Shown here in pieces: positions 40,145 through 51,636 of a stretch of DNA of 64,000 nucleotides. A model generated the notes under the pieces. That model saw nothing but the letters and a program-made list of their open reading frames with translations. It did no database searches and was not told the origin of the DNA. Where the stretch lies: NCBI RefSeq assembly GCF_000143415.4, contig NW_003314274.1:2586623-2650622 (forward strand), in the 5' to 3' direction. Position 1 is the stretch's first letter, and the number at the start of each line of letters is the position of its first letter. The translations under genes were made by a program, and so were the position numbers. Source of the DNA: Selaginella moellendorffii (lineage: Eukaryota; Plantae; Lycopodiophyta).

Positions 40145-40888
40145 GATGCTCCCAGTCCAAGTGTGGGTGGCACTACCTACTTGGATACCAGGCGTGGCTC
40201 AACGGAACCTCGCTCTAAGCCCATGGCTAGAGCACCTAAAGGCGATAAGTGGGGAGAGTACCCAGGTGGCTCGCGTAAGGCCACGGTGTTCCGAAATGTC
40301 GTCCCAAAGGCCCAGACTGTGGAAAGGAAGAGGAGCAGTCCTCTGGGGTAGTGACCAAGGACACAGTCGTGTGGTGAGGAAGTCCCAGAGGACCGTGGGA
40401 CTTAGTGGTCGGGCCTGTGGGCCTCGATCCAGTGGCAGTGTTGGCAAACACGGCCAGGGGCAGAAAGGGACTTGGTAGGAACTGACAAAGGGACTTTGGG
40501 GAAGGCAATTCCCCAGGTCTGTGGGCATCCTAAGGATGCTAAGGAGTGGATCTAGGATGACCACTCGTGGACACATGGCCCAGTCTTGGAGAGACAAGGT
40601 GGTGATGCAAGTGGTGTTGAACCACTAGTGCAGCAAAGGTGAATGGGCATGGCCTTAGCGTAACGGGCCGAGATGTCAGTGGTACCTTTGGGTGTCGGTC
40701 TCAGGACCGGACACGTGGAGCACTCGGACCAGGTGCAAGTGTTGAGTGGCATGGATGCCATTCTTGGGGCTAGCAAGTCCCAAGTCCTGAATTGGACTAA
40801 TGGAGGTTGTGAATGAGACTCCTCCAAGTGGTCCGAGGTGTGGTTAAGTGACTAAAGTAGAATGGAAAAATTAGTCGCCTACACCTGC

Positions 40889-42360
40889 AAAACCTGCTCC
40901 TAGCGGAACGGGTAGTGTGGGTCATTGCTTCCATTGTGGAGAGTCGGGACATAGGTCCTCAGAATGCCCCAACAAGCATAAGACAAGGTCTCGGGTTAAT
41001 GTCATGAGGGAAGACGGTGGTGGTGAAGCCGAGTTGGTCAATGCAGACTATGAGGAAGAAGAGGTGAGTAACTTTCGTTGCTTTCCTCAAGCTTTTCTTG
41101 TAGTCAATGCAAACACTGATCCGTTAATGTATCTGGTAGGCTTTGTCCGTGGACACCGAATCCGAGTGATGATTGACACGGGAGCTACGCACAGCGTGAT
41201 ATCCGAAGACTTAGTTAAGTTGTTAGGATTGAATGCTGAGCAAATGTCGCCTATGCACTTCCGGTTTGCGGAAGGTGGGCAAGTAGCCAGAAAGTTTGTA
41301 AGTGATGTTCCAATAAAGATATCCAAGTGGAAAGAAAGAGTGGACTTGGTAGTGTTGAAGATACCAGATTTTCAGATGGTGTTTGGTATGGATTTCTTCA
41401 ACAAGTATATAAAAGGGATTTATGGTGCTGGACAAAGTTGTATCACGTTGAAGTCAAAAGGACATCCTGATGTATCCTTTCAGTTGCAAAAGCGTTCCTC
41501 AAAAGATTGGGATGCAAAGTTCCTGACTGCGAGGGCCATTCAAAAAGCAGCTAAGAGGGGATGTCAGACCTTTTGGGTTCAAGTGATGGAAGCTGAGGGT
41601 ATTGGTGACTCAGTACGAATCGGCGACGGGGTTGATCCTGTACCAAAAAGGATATTGGAGTTGTTGGCGAGGAATCAGGATATCTTTCCGAAGGATTTGC
41701 CGCCAGGGCTACCTCCTAGCCGTGAGGTTGATCATCGGATTGAGATTATTCCGGGTTCTAAACCACCTATGAAAGCTCCATATCGGTTGAACATCAAGGA
41801 GATGGCTGAACTCAAGAAGCAACTCACGGAGCTTCTTGACAAAGGTCATATCCGACCAAGCAAGTCACCTTATGGAGCGCCGGTCCTCTTCGTTATAAAA
41901 AAGGATGGAACCATGAGGATGTGTATTGACTATCGGGCACTCAATAAGATCACGGTTAAAAACAGTTATCCTTTGCCTCGCATTGATGACTTGTTTGACC
42001 AACTCTTAAATGCTAAGTATTTTACGCGACTTGATTTGCGGTCTGGATATCATCAGATACGGGTGGCGGATCAGGATGTGGAGAAAACAGCCTTTAAGAC
42101 TCGGTACGGATCTTATGAGTTCCTTGTCATGCCATTCGGGTTATGCAATGCTCCGGCAACGTTCAGCACTATGATGGATAGAATATTCGGAGATTATTTG
42201 GATGCATTTGTCGTCCTGTATATTGACGATGTTCTAGTCTTTAGTGAAACGTTGGAGGATCATTTGAAACACTTGGAGCTGGTGTTTCAGAAATTGCGCG
42301 AACACAAACTGTATGCTAAGGAAAGTAAATGCGCTGTTGGTCAATTGCGCGTAAACTTTC
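40889..42360 (+). CDS. pol: Gag zinc knuckle - aspartic protease - reverse transcriptase, truncated before RNase H/integrase
   Basis: [62 protein letters not shown]. The frame runs into an inverted TRIM LTR after LRVNFL. Confidence 0.95.
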
Positions 42361-44670
42361 TAATACCAACTGTAGCGCACCTTATCTCTCTCCCCTTAAG
42401 CCAACTAGAAAAGGGGCAATTGCTTGATGAGAGAGCCCTTAGTGGCTATTTTATCCCCATTTATCCCCCAAGGTTCCAAAGATCCATGGTGACAGTATAT
42501 CCAAATCTCATCCCATGATCACATGCGCTACACTCACCCCCCCTTCAGAGATGTCAATGTCCTCATTGACTATTGACTAACAACCCCTACTGAGCCAAGG
42601 GGAACCAGCACCTCCATTTCCGCACTCAATCTACCAATCCTTCCATTGTGTAGACTAGCTTGTAAGCCACAAATTTTTCCTTTCCAATTTGCCAGCTTAC
42701 CTCGTCTGTCCGACCAACTCTGCCTTGGCTTGTGCTAAGTTCCCTCGCCAAGGTTCTCGCCTATGGTACCAGCTCCTACTTGGTTCTACTTGGTTTCAGC
42801 TACTCACTGCACGAGCAACGGAGTGTTAGCCATCCATCTACGGATTCCCAAATCTCTCCCAATCCCCCTCCCCGGGTTAGACTGGACTTAAGGTTCGGCT
42901 ACACTCCCCGCAGGCACAAGCAGCCAAGCACACCAAGCCTCCAGATTCCTAACACCCCTTGGTACCACAAGACTTGATCATGGGACCCTCTAAATCCCAA
43001 GCCTTGGGTGCAGCACTTGCTTCGGGACGTCGGGGCGAAACACCGTGGCCTAACGGCCCGGTATGGGTACCTCTACCCCCCCTCTTCCATCCCGAAGGGA
43101 AGGCCCAAGCCCCTGGAAGGGCAAGGACCAATGAGCCACAAGGTACTCAAGTGGGGCACCACTCCACCTGAGCCGGGAGCACCGCAGTCGGTTTCCCTTT
43201 CGGGAGTGGGAGCTGCTCTTGAGCACTTCCTTGGATGGCCCCTCCGGCACCAGCCAAGTCCATGCTCACTCCCACCCAAGGCCCCTCGGTCCCAGTCTCA
43301 ACCTCAAGTCGGTTTGGAAGCCCAACTGGAGAGTCCCTTCAAAACTGGTTCCTAGACCTCACTATCCCTACTATACTTTTGGAACCCCCTGCAGCCCCCC
43401 CCCCCCCCCCCCCCTGGGAAACGCACGCTTTGGGCTTTCACCCCTTGACCCGTATTAGTATTTGGACTTAGTCTCTGGCTCAATCTCGGACCCGATTTCG
43501 GATCCGACTTCGGATTCGGTCTCGGACTCGATCTCGGACCCGATCTCGGACCCGACCTCGGACTCGACCTCGGACTCGACCTCGGACTCGGTCTCGGACC
43601 CGATTTCGGATCTCGGACTCCGTCTCGAACTCGGTCTCGAACTCGGACTTGAACTCGGTCCCCGAGTCGGTCTCAGACTCGATTCCGGACTCTATCTCGA
43701 ACTCGGTCCTAGAGTCGGTCTTGGACTCGATCCTCGACTTGGTCCCATCCGATGAACTCTTTGTCATTTTGGTCAAGCTTTTAGGGATCCTTTAGCCTAC
43801 GACATCTCGGGGAGTCGGTTCCTTACATAGCTATTCCATGTGAGGCAACTAGTCATCCACCCGTACCGCAGTCCCACGGTGGACACATTCGTCCGTGGAT
43901 ACTCCACACAAGAGGAAGGACATACGCATGGATGCCCAATACGTACGATTTCAAATTTAGGGGTAGGAATATACTTTGCTCAAGGGTATATTATACTTTT
44001 AAGTAGCCACTAATCAATGGGAATCGAACCCGTGCCATTTGCTCTGATACCAACTGTAGCGCACGTGGTTTTGACCCTTTATCCTATGGTGATTTACCAT
44101 AGGATAACACTACGAAGCGGAACCTAAACCCTCTTTGTGCCACGTGACAGATGCCACGTGTCACATGCCACGTGTCCATGCCACGTGTCCATAGGAACCT
44201 GAGGTTCAGGGCCTTGGGCCACTGAACGAAGGAATGGTGCCAAACTCCCAAGCGTGACGCCAAGGAGTGATGGAACTGAACCACAAAGCAACTCCCGAGC
44301 ATACAACCCAAGGAGCGAAGGGACAGGGGCCCGGAGCGACTTGGAACAGTCCTAGAGCAACCAGCATCCCAATGCCAGGACCAGCACACAAAACGGAGCC
44401 AAACGGAGTCTGGCGCTATTTCAGCATACCGGTGGCCTAACACGAGGACATGGGTACTCCACTAGCTAGCATGGAATGGAACTTGGGCTTAGACCCAAGC
44501 CGGACGCAGAACAAGGACAGGCACGCAAGCGGGAGCTAGACTATGCCTCAGGTTGGTCGGCCATGCCCGACCTACCCACTATCCCTACTATACATTTGGA
44601 ACCCCCCACAGCCCCCTCCCCCCCCTTGAGGAACACACGCTTTGGGCTTTCACCCCAAGCCTCCCTTAGT
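42361..44670 (-). mobile_element. Chimeric element: LTR-B - PBS - TRIM interior - PPT - TRIM LTR - PBS stub, split by solo LTR C
   Basis: LTR-B ends at 44055 and the PBS is at 44041-44052. The TRIM LTR at 42371-42532 is followed on the minus strand by GTTGGTATTA. Confidence 0.85.
42661..43827. mobile_element. Solo LTR (family C, 1167 bp), TSD TAGCT
   Basis: TAGCT|TGTAAG...CTTACA|TAGCT (42656-42660 and 43828-43832). A truncated mirror copy lies at 36422-36807. Confidence 0.9.
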
Positions 44671-44671
44671 A

Positions 44672-47600
44672 TCAGGAGTTAGTCTCTGGGACAAGCTCGA
44701 AACTTACTAAATATGGAATGTCCTTAGATTGCGAATTTGGACATGGGACGAACACCATTGTGTTCAGGACGATCTCTACATTCCGTAGATGTGCCAAATG
44801 AGCAAATCTGGACACTTTCCATAAATAGCATTTGGGACCGAAATGAGACTAACACAAAGGGCATGATAGCGAGGGTGTTTGGCAGACACGGTAAGCTATT
44901 ATGTAGCGATATTGAGGGACCAATCTCAATACGCGAGGGTTCTTGTCAAGCCAGTGCAAGACAGAGCAAAAGAGAACTAAAAAGCCAGGCCAAGTATGCT
45001 TGGCTGAATAGACACTTAGGAATTCCGTCCTTATGCTCATCTGGCCAAGTACAGATGCAAAGCCCAGTTTACTAACACTTGAACAAGAGGGGCTGATAAA
45101 AGGTCCAGCAATACCGACCTTCTGCCATCGTGGCAATAAGGTAAGAGTGTCCGTAAGGACTGGTCAACAGGTAATTTTTGATACCTGCAGTCACATTCGC
45201 GACACTCTCCCCCCGTTGGGAAGATCGACGTCCTCGTCAATGCATACTCGAGTCTAGAATACCGCCAAGGAAACAACTCCAGAAAAAAGTTCACGGTACT
45301 CACACTATGTGAGAAATGCACCAACTTAAATGAGTTAGGAGGCAACCTCTTTGTCTAATGCGGATGCGCTACCAGCTCAGACACCTTCCGGCCGTCGCCG
45401 ACAAGGAAATAACCAACGGAGTCAGCCACCCTTGTTGCTCTGGGAGTCACCCAGCGTACAAAAGTGTGATATGCCCCTGCCCGCAGAGACATAGAGAGAG
45501 AAGCCAGAGGCCCCAACCCTCCTGAGCAAAGAAACCAAACCCGTCGGTAAGGTTTAGATAGACTACTATCAACAGGCAGTTTAGAGTTGTTTACACGGTC
45601 ACGCCCTTTCACCGAAATAAGGAACATCGACAGAGAGGCGGGTTATGTGACCAGTCGACAGTAGCTACCCCATGACTAGAGATTTCACCATGCACACGAA
45701 GTGCCGAAGCCAGTCTGCCTATACTGGCCCAAACTCAAAGAGCAATAAATGGACAATATCAAAGTCAGAGACAATGATATCTGAGAAGCTTAATTACCAG
45801 TGAATATAGCTTAGATTAGAACACAAAAGTATTCCAAATAAGTTATCATCCGATAAACTAGTATTACAGTATAGGAACCACCAAGATCACTATAATTGGT
45901 AAACATAGGAATCACTATCCAACAACATTCAATAGCTAGTATATTATCAAGGAAACTCAATGATGAAACTTAACTACCGAAGATAGTAGACAGTAAGCCA
46001 ACAACTTACTTGAGAGAACTCAAAGAACACAAAGTATCATTGACTAACAAGCACAATGCTCGCGAATGTATCACCCAAGGGAAATAACATCCAAATCTAT
46101 CAAAACTAACTCGAGCAACAATCAACAGAAGAGAATGAATGTGGTAAGACCAACAAACACTCATGTCTGCCAACTATCACAAAAGCCAATCTGAATAGAT
46201 CCCAGCCAACAACACCAAGGAACTCAAGTTGCCTAAGCAAGTGTTAACAACATCCTACTGATGTCTCAAGCCCCAAAGACCAAACCAAAGCAAACCACAA
46301 AGAACATGTGGTATTGCAAAAAGCCATAAGCTATCAAAGAGAACAACTAACCATCATGAAAGATCATCAATCATTTTATCAATAAAGAGATGCAAAATCA
46401 CCGTTTAAGAAGGAATCCACCATTCCGAAGAATAGCAAATCATTCTACATCAACGATAATCAAGCAAAACCTTCGACAAGGATAATCAATTATCCTAGAT
46501 GATAGTCAATCATCACCAATGATTGCTAGATGCAAATACTAACTTCAACATCGAAGCTAAAGAGCCAAAAATGCCTTCCCCAACAACTTCTAACAAATGG
46601 AACAATGAGCATAAAACTCAAAGAACCAAAGCTCGAAGAAGCCTATAGCCAAGTCTTGCCTAATAATGATCACGAGTCTCATAGAAGCTAACTTCAATGC
46701 TAAAGAAGAAATTATGGTGCAATCCACAATGTCTTCTTCAACACATCCATAAGCCAAACTTCATAATGCCAAAGCTAATGAAGAGCATTTCTGCATCAAT
46801 CTAAAAGCTAAGCACAATGGAGCTATGCTCAACAAGTGATCACTAAACGATCCTCCGTGAATCCATCTATAGCAAGACATAACTCACTTCGGAACAAGCA
46901 CAAGGGAATCATCAATGATCAATATAGTCCAATTCAAACCCAATAAGGATTCAAACTTCCCAATGTCGATCACTAACTCTTCCGCTTGTAGAGTTAGCAT
47001 AGTTCACGACTGAATCACTTTTCAAGGAAAAGCTAAAGCTCAACCCCTACTAAACAATCTTATCTAGAACACAACTAACTCATACTTGCCACTCAGTTCA
47101 TTTGAATGTCCATACAGTTGCTAACTAGCAAATGCATGAATGCCAACAACATAGAGTTACAACCAAATCATCAACACTATCTTCATCAAGCCTAATGAAA
47201 CTCAATATCAATCCTAAGGAGAGATATCTCATTTCACCTTGAATCTCAACCTCAATAATGTCAACGACAAGGCATCACTTCAATGCCATCAACACCATAA
47301 CAAAGCTAGAAGAAAGCACAAGTGAATCACCACTCAAAACTCTCCAGCAACAAAGCTAACCAAAGTCGGAGATACTTTACTCAGTATCCAAGACCAATTT
47401 CTCAACAATACTCAGTCACAGATAACACTTCCTCAAGGAGTGAATCACCATGTCCAAGACTCAATGAAATCCAACACCACGAACTAAACGCAACCAAATG
47501 ATATCAACAAAGATAGAGTCGACATGCCAACATGGAAAACCCATGTAAGTCTAACGACACGATTCTCTGCAATACCATCCGGTAAAGCAAGCCCACCTCT

Positions 47601-50378
47601 GCTAAATCATCATCGAGCAAAGCAAGTGTCAACAGTCCTCGACAAAGTCTATAAGCAATCACTAGTCGCAAAGCAACTAACAATCACTCCTCAACTTGCG
47701 TTCACAAGACTCAACACTAAACTCATATCATCGAGTCATATACTCATCCAATATGAACGTAATACCTCAGGTAAAAGATAAAAGTTCATAGACAAGCACA
47801 AACTAAATGACCACTCGAATCCAACTCAACCGCAATAAGCTCACTAATGCATTTAGTCAATAGCTCTGAGCATGCCTTGAAGAGGCTAGCTATGCATGAT
47901 CAACACTCAGTCGAAACTAAAGTGAAGACCATGAGATGGACTCATATTGGTACACAACCTCCTCATAGACAAAGCTATAGTACGGGTACCAACATCTCAA
48001 CCTCAAACAACTAAGTTGGACATCACCATCCTCAGCCAAGGTGCAGGGCTACCAAGACTAAGTCAAGATCAGTGAGAGCTCACTACTCTCATAGAGTCTT
48101 AGCGAAATGCAAGGTGCAACCTGCCACCGAGTATAATGCTACAAAAGAAAGGCATAAGAGTCACCTTTCTTAGAAAAGCGCGACGGCCACTTTTCTACAC
48201 CAACTCCAGACTCTATCCAACTCAATTGCCTTAGCCCCAAAAGTTAGCATCCCTTTCAGGCCGCATCATACAAACTATTTACTAAGGTTCAAGCCAACCA
48301 AAGTCAACTCCAACCTCTTCACTAGTTTGTACTGGCCTTCGAAAAACGGAATGGTTTTCGGACAAAATGATCAATAGATCAGCCATTGGAAAAGTCTAAG
48401 AAAATTTGTGGAAAATTTCCCATCCTAGAGAAAGAATGACTCTCAGTCCAGGATTGCAAACTTTCAAGACTCAACCAACTTCCTCCTACCAACAACTTCA
48501 CATAGGCTCACCTCAACACAAATTCTCATGATCGAACAACATGCTTAAGCATCGAACATCTTTGCCCATATAACCGACATCCAACACTGACATCTGCAAA
48601 GTGCAAAATGAACATCCAAGGCTTGATCACGAAGACCACATCTTTGGATATCCACATTGCACTAACACTCTTCTTCAATCGCCTTTAAGATCTAATGTGA
48701 AGCCGAAACATTAAGAAAAATGACATGGAAAATCAAGGTCCAAGGAAAATTCCTCATCACTTGAAATAACAATGCCACTTCCACTAACACAAGTGTTAGT
48801 GATGTCAATGCCCCAACTACACATCTTCTCCGTCCAACAATCTACTCCAAATGCTAATGGTTCAACCGACAAGTCATAGCAAGTGAATGCTATAACCCTT
48901 TTCCAACACCTAATGGGCAAACTCAAGGAAACAAGGTACCAACTTAAGCTTAGCATAATGGACCATCTTCGAGAATTCAGTCAAAGCTACTACAATGCTA
49001 CTTCGTGCAAGTAGACTTAGCTTCTCCATCAACCACTTTGGGGTTGATCATCATTTAACCAAGCAACTTCGTAAACACATTGCTCATTATCACATGGATA
49101 TGATATAGAAATCACAATGACTTGATCATCGATTGAGCAACACCACGAGCAATGCCAATGTCATTACTTCAAAGGTTTATGTGAGTATCAAGTGCCAATT
49201 CAATTCGACAAAATGCAACATAAATGCCACTCCACCAATAGAGATTTACAACACCCAACATCGCTAACTTTTGTTCACAACACGGACAAGCTCATGCCAC
49301 TCTCTTTCCGACCAAACTCAACACTAATCCAACACCAAGCTACTCAAGGAGCAATAGCAAGGTTCCCCGGAAAAGAATTGAGCATTGCAACCCAAGTCTT
49401 CCAATAGCAAGCTTAGACAAAATGGTTTAGCGCTTCACCGCTATCCATCCCACAACTCACTATTGTAAAACCACCATCTCCAACATGCATTAAGATAGGG
49501 ACTCTTGAGTGCATGATGTGAATACAAGCAATGAGTTAACACCTCATTGCAGATCATCTCTCCAAGAAGAGAAAATGATTTACATATTTGATCCTTCGTC
49601 CCCGATGACTCTCTTTTCGGTCTCATCTTTGACCAAACCTCAAGCTTGCTTTCGCACTGCCTTCAGTTCAATCGAAGAAAAGTTTATGAGAAAGCACAGC
49701 CATGACTACTTGAACCAATAGACTAATCCCTATAGTCTTAATTGTTCCACTTATAATCATGCCTAGGAAGGATCCACTAGTGCCGTGCTAAACAGCTACG
49801 AACCAGCCTATTTGATAGTAGTCTATCTAAACCTTACCGACGGGTTTGGTTTCTTTGCTCAGGAGGGTTGGGTCTCTGGCTAAATATGGAATGGCCTTAG
49901 ATTGCGAATTTGGACATGGGACGAACACCATTGTGTTCAGGCCACTCTCTACATTCTGTAGATATGCCAAATGAGCGAATCTAGACACTTTCCATAAATA
50001 GCATATGGGACCGAAATGAGACCAACACTAAGGGTATGATAGCGAGGGTGTTTGGCAGATACGGTAAGCTATCATCCAGCAATATTGAGGGACTAGTCTC
50101 AATACGCGAGGGTTCTTGCCAAGCCAGTGCAAGACAGAGCAAAAGAGAACTAAAAAGCCAGGCCAAGTATGCTTGGCCAAATAGACACTTAGGAATTCCG
50201 TCCTTATGCTCTTCCGGCCAAGTACAGATGCTAAGTCCAGTTTACTAACACTTGGACAAGAGGGGCCAATAAAGGGAACCAGCAGTACCGACCTCCTGCC
50301 GTCATGGCAGTAAGGAAAGAGTGTCCGTAAGGACCGGTCGACAAGTATCTTTCGATACCCGAAGTCACATTTGCGACA
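44672..50378 (-). mobile_element. LARD-like element (LTR family X), right arm
   Basis: LTRs at ~49781-50378 and 44672-45204 with PPT. It carries 48559-49880, which is missing from the left arm. Confidence 0.75.
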
Positions 50379-50383
50379 GACAA

Positions 50384-50638
50384 ACACACACACACACACA
50401 CACACACACAGAGAACCTTCCCGCTAGCGATGACTGACATTCTCTCCTTGTGGTCATCCCCCCTAAAAGATATTTGAAATTTTTTATGGTCCCAAAAGTC
50501 ATGACACTCCATTGTTTAATCTTAGCCATTAAATTTTGGCATATGCCCAGAATAAGTGTCCCCATCATATGCCATTATTATATCAGCTTTTTCATTTAAA
50601 TATATGAGTACTAGTAGAGATCCCAGCTTTGTTAGGAG
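50384..50638 (-). mobile_element. Second Helitron head-to-tail junction
   Basis: aatatatGAGTA|CTAGtagagatCCCAGCtttGTTAGG, with CTAG at 50611-50614 and a degenerate hairpin. Confidence 0.7.
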
Positions 50639-51636
50639 TAGTAGAAAATACTTTCAATTTGAAAATTTGTAATTGTAATTGTTTAAACTATTTCTTTTTC
50701 ATGCTTTGTTATAGAATGTTTATTTTATAGGTTGCTACTAAGACTTACAACTTTGATTCCAATCTGTGTATTCTACAGCTTTACCAGGTTTGTAAGTCCT
50801 TCATGCCTTTTTAATAATTTCTTTACTGCACTAACTGGTTTTTCTCATGACAAGTTTGAGCTAAGAAATCATGGATATCATGCAGTGATTGTAGCAGTGA
50901 CAGTTTGGTGACCCTTCTGTGAAAATCTGCATTCACAGTTAAGTTCTTAAGCACAATTCTCAAGAATGGAGCTCTACCTCAGCTTCACAGAAATTGCTCA
51001 ATGAAAAAGCAGCACTATCAAAAAAAAATTATAAACTAAACAACAAGGAATCAAGCAAGCACACCAAGGAAAAGAAAAAGTACACATACCTCAAGTGGTC
51101 ATTAGCAACAGGAGTGGCACGAAACTGGATTGGTGCTGCGTAACATTTAAAAGGCTGCAAAACAGAGGTGAGGCACCAAACACCAAGAAAAAGAAAAAAA
51201 AAAACGAAAAAATAATCATAAGAATCATAGAACAAGAGCAAGGTAAGCCAGAAACTTGCTTAGAAATCTCAGCTGGCATAAACAGCAAAGTTTCTTACCT
51301 TGTTACTACTACCAGTTGCTACTAAGACTTACAGCTTTGATTCTAAGCTGTGCCTTCTATGGCTTTTGTTTTTCTCATGACCACAAACATCATGCAGCAA
51401 TGGAAGCAGCGACAGGTTGGTGACCCTTATGCAGAAATCCACATTTGCACTTAAGTTCTTAAGTGTTGTGTCATAACTCTCAGGAATGGAGCTCTACCTC
51501 GGCTGCATTGAAAACTAAAGAATGATTGAAATTAGCAAACATGAGGATGGTAAGCAAATTGTAAGATCAGTGTAAATGATGTACCTACTGACAAATCTTG
51601 CAGATGGTGTCCACTTTTTAGTTGCACCAGTGCTGC

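Larger units (their letters stand above)
38090..40883. mobile_element. Solo LTR (family D, ~2.1 kb plus nested TRIM), TSD CCTGC
   Basis: CCTGC|TGTGAGAC...GTCGCCTACA|CCTGC (38085-38089 and 40884-40888). Removing it restores the in-frame Gag sequence [23 protein letters not shown]. Confidence 0.9.
31196..50378. mobile_element. 19.2-kb composite inverted-repeat block, TGTCG...CGACA, 5-bp TSD GACAA
   Basis: GACAA at 31191-31195 and 50379-50383. The host Helitron subterminal sequence is colinear across the block. Arms 31196-36807 and 43442-50378 are reverse complements. Confidence 0.85.

Noticed and set aside
31196-50378. DIRS, Polinton, Mutator or CACTA identity for the inverted-repeat block
   Set aside because: No tyrosine recombinase, PolB or transposase is visible. 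TG..CA ends, PPTs and a 5-bp TSD fit gypsy LTR parts rather than those groups.
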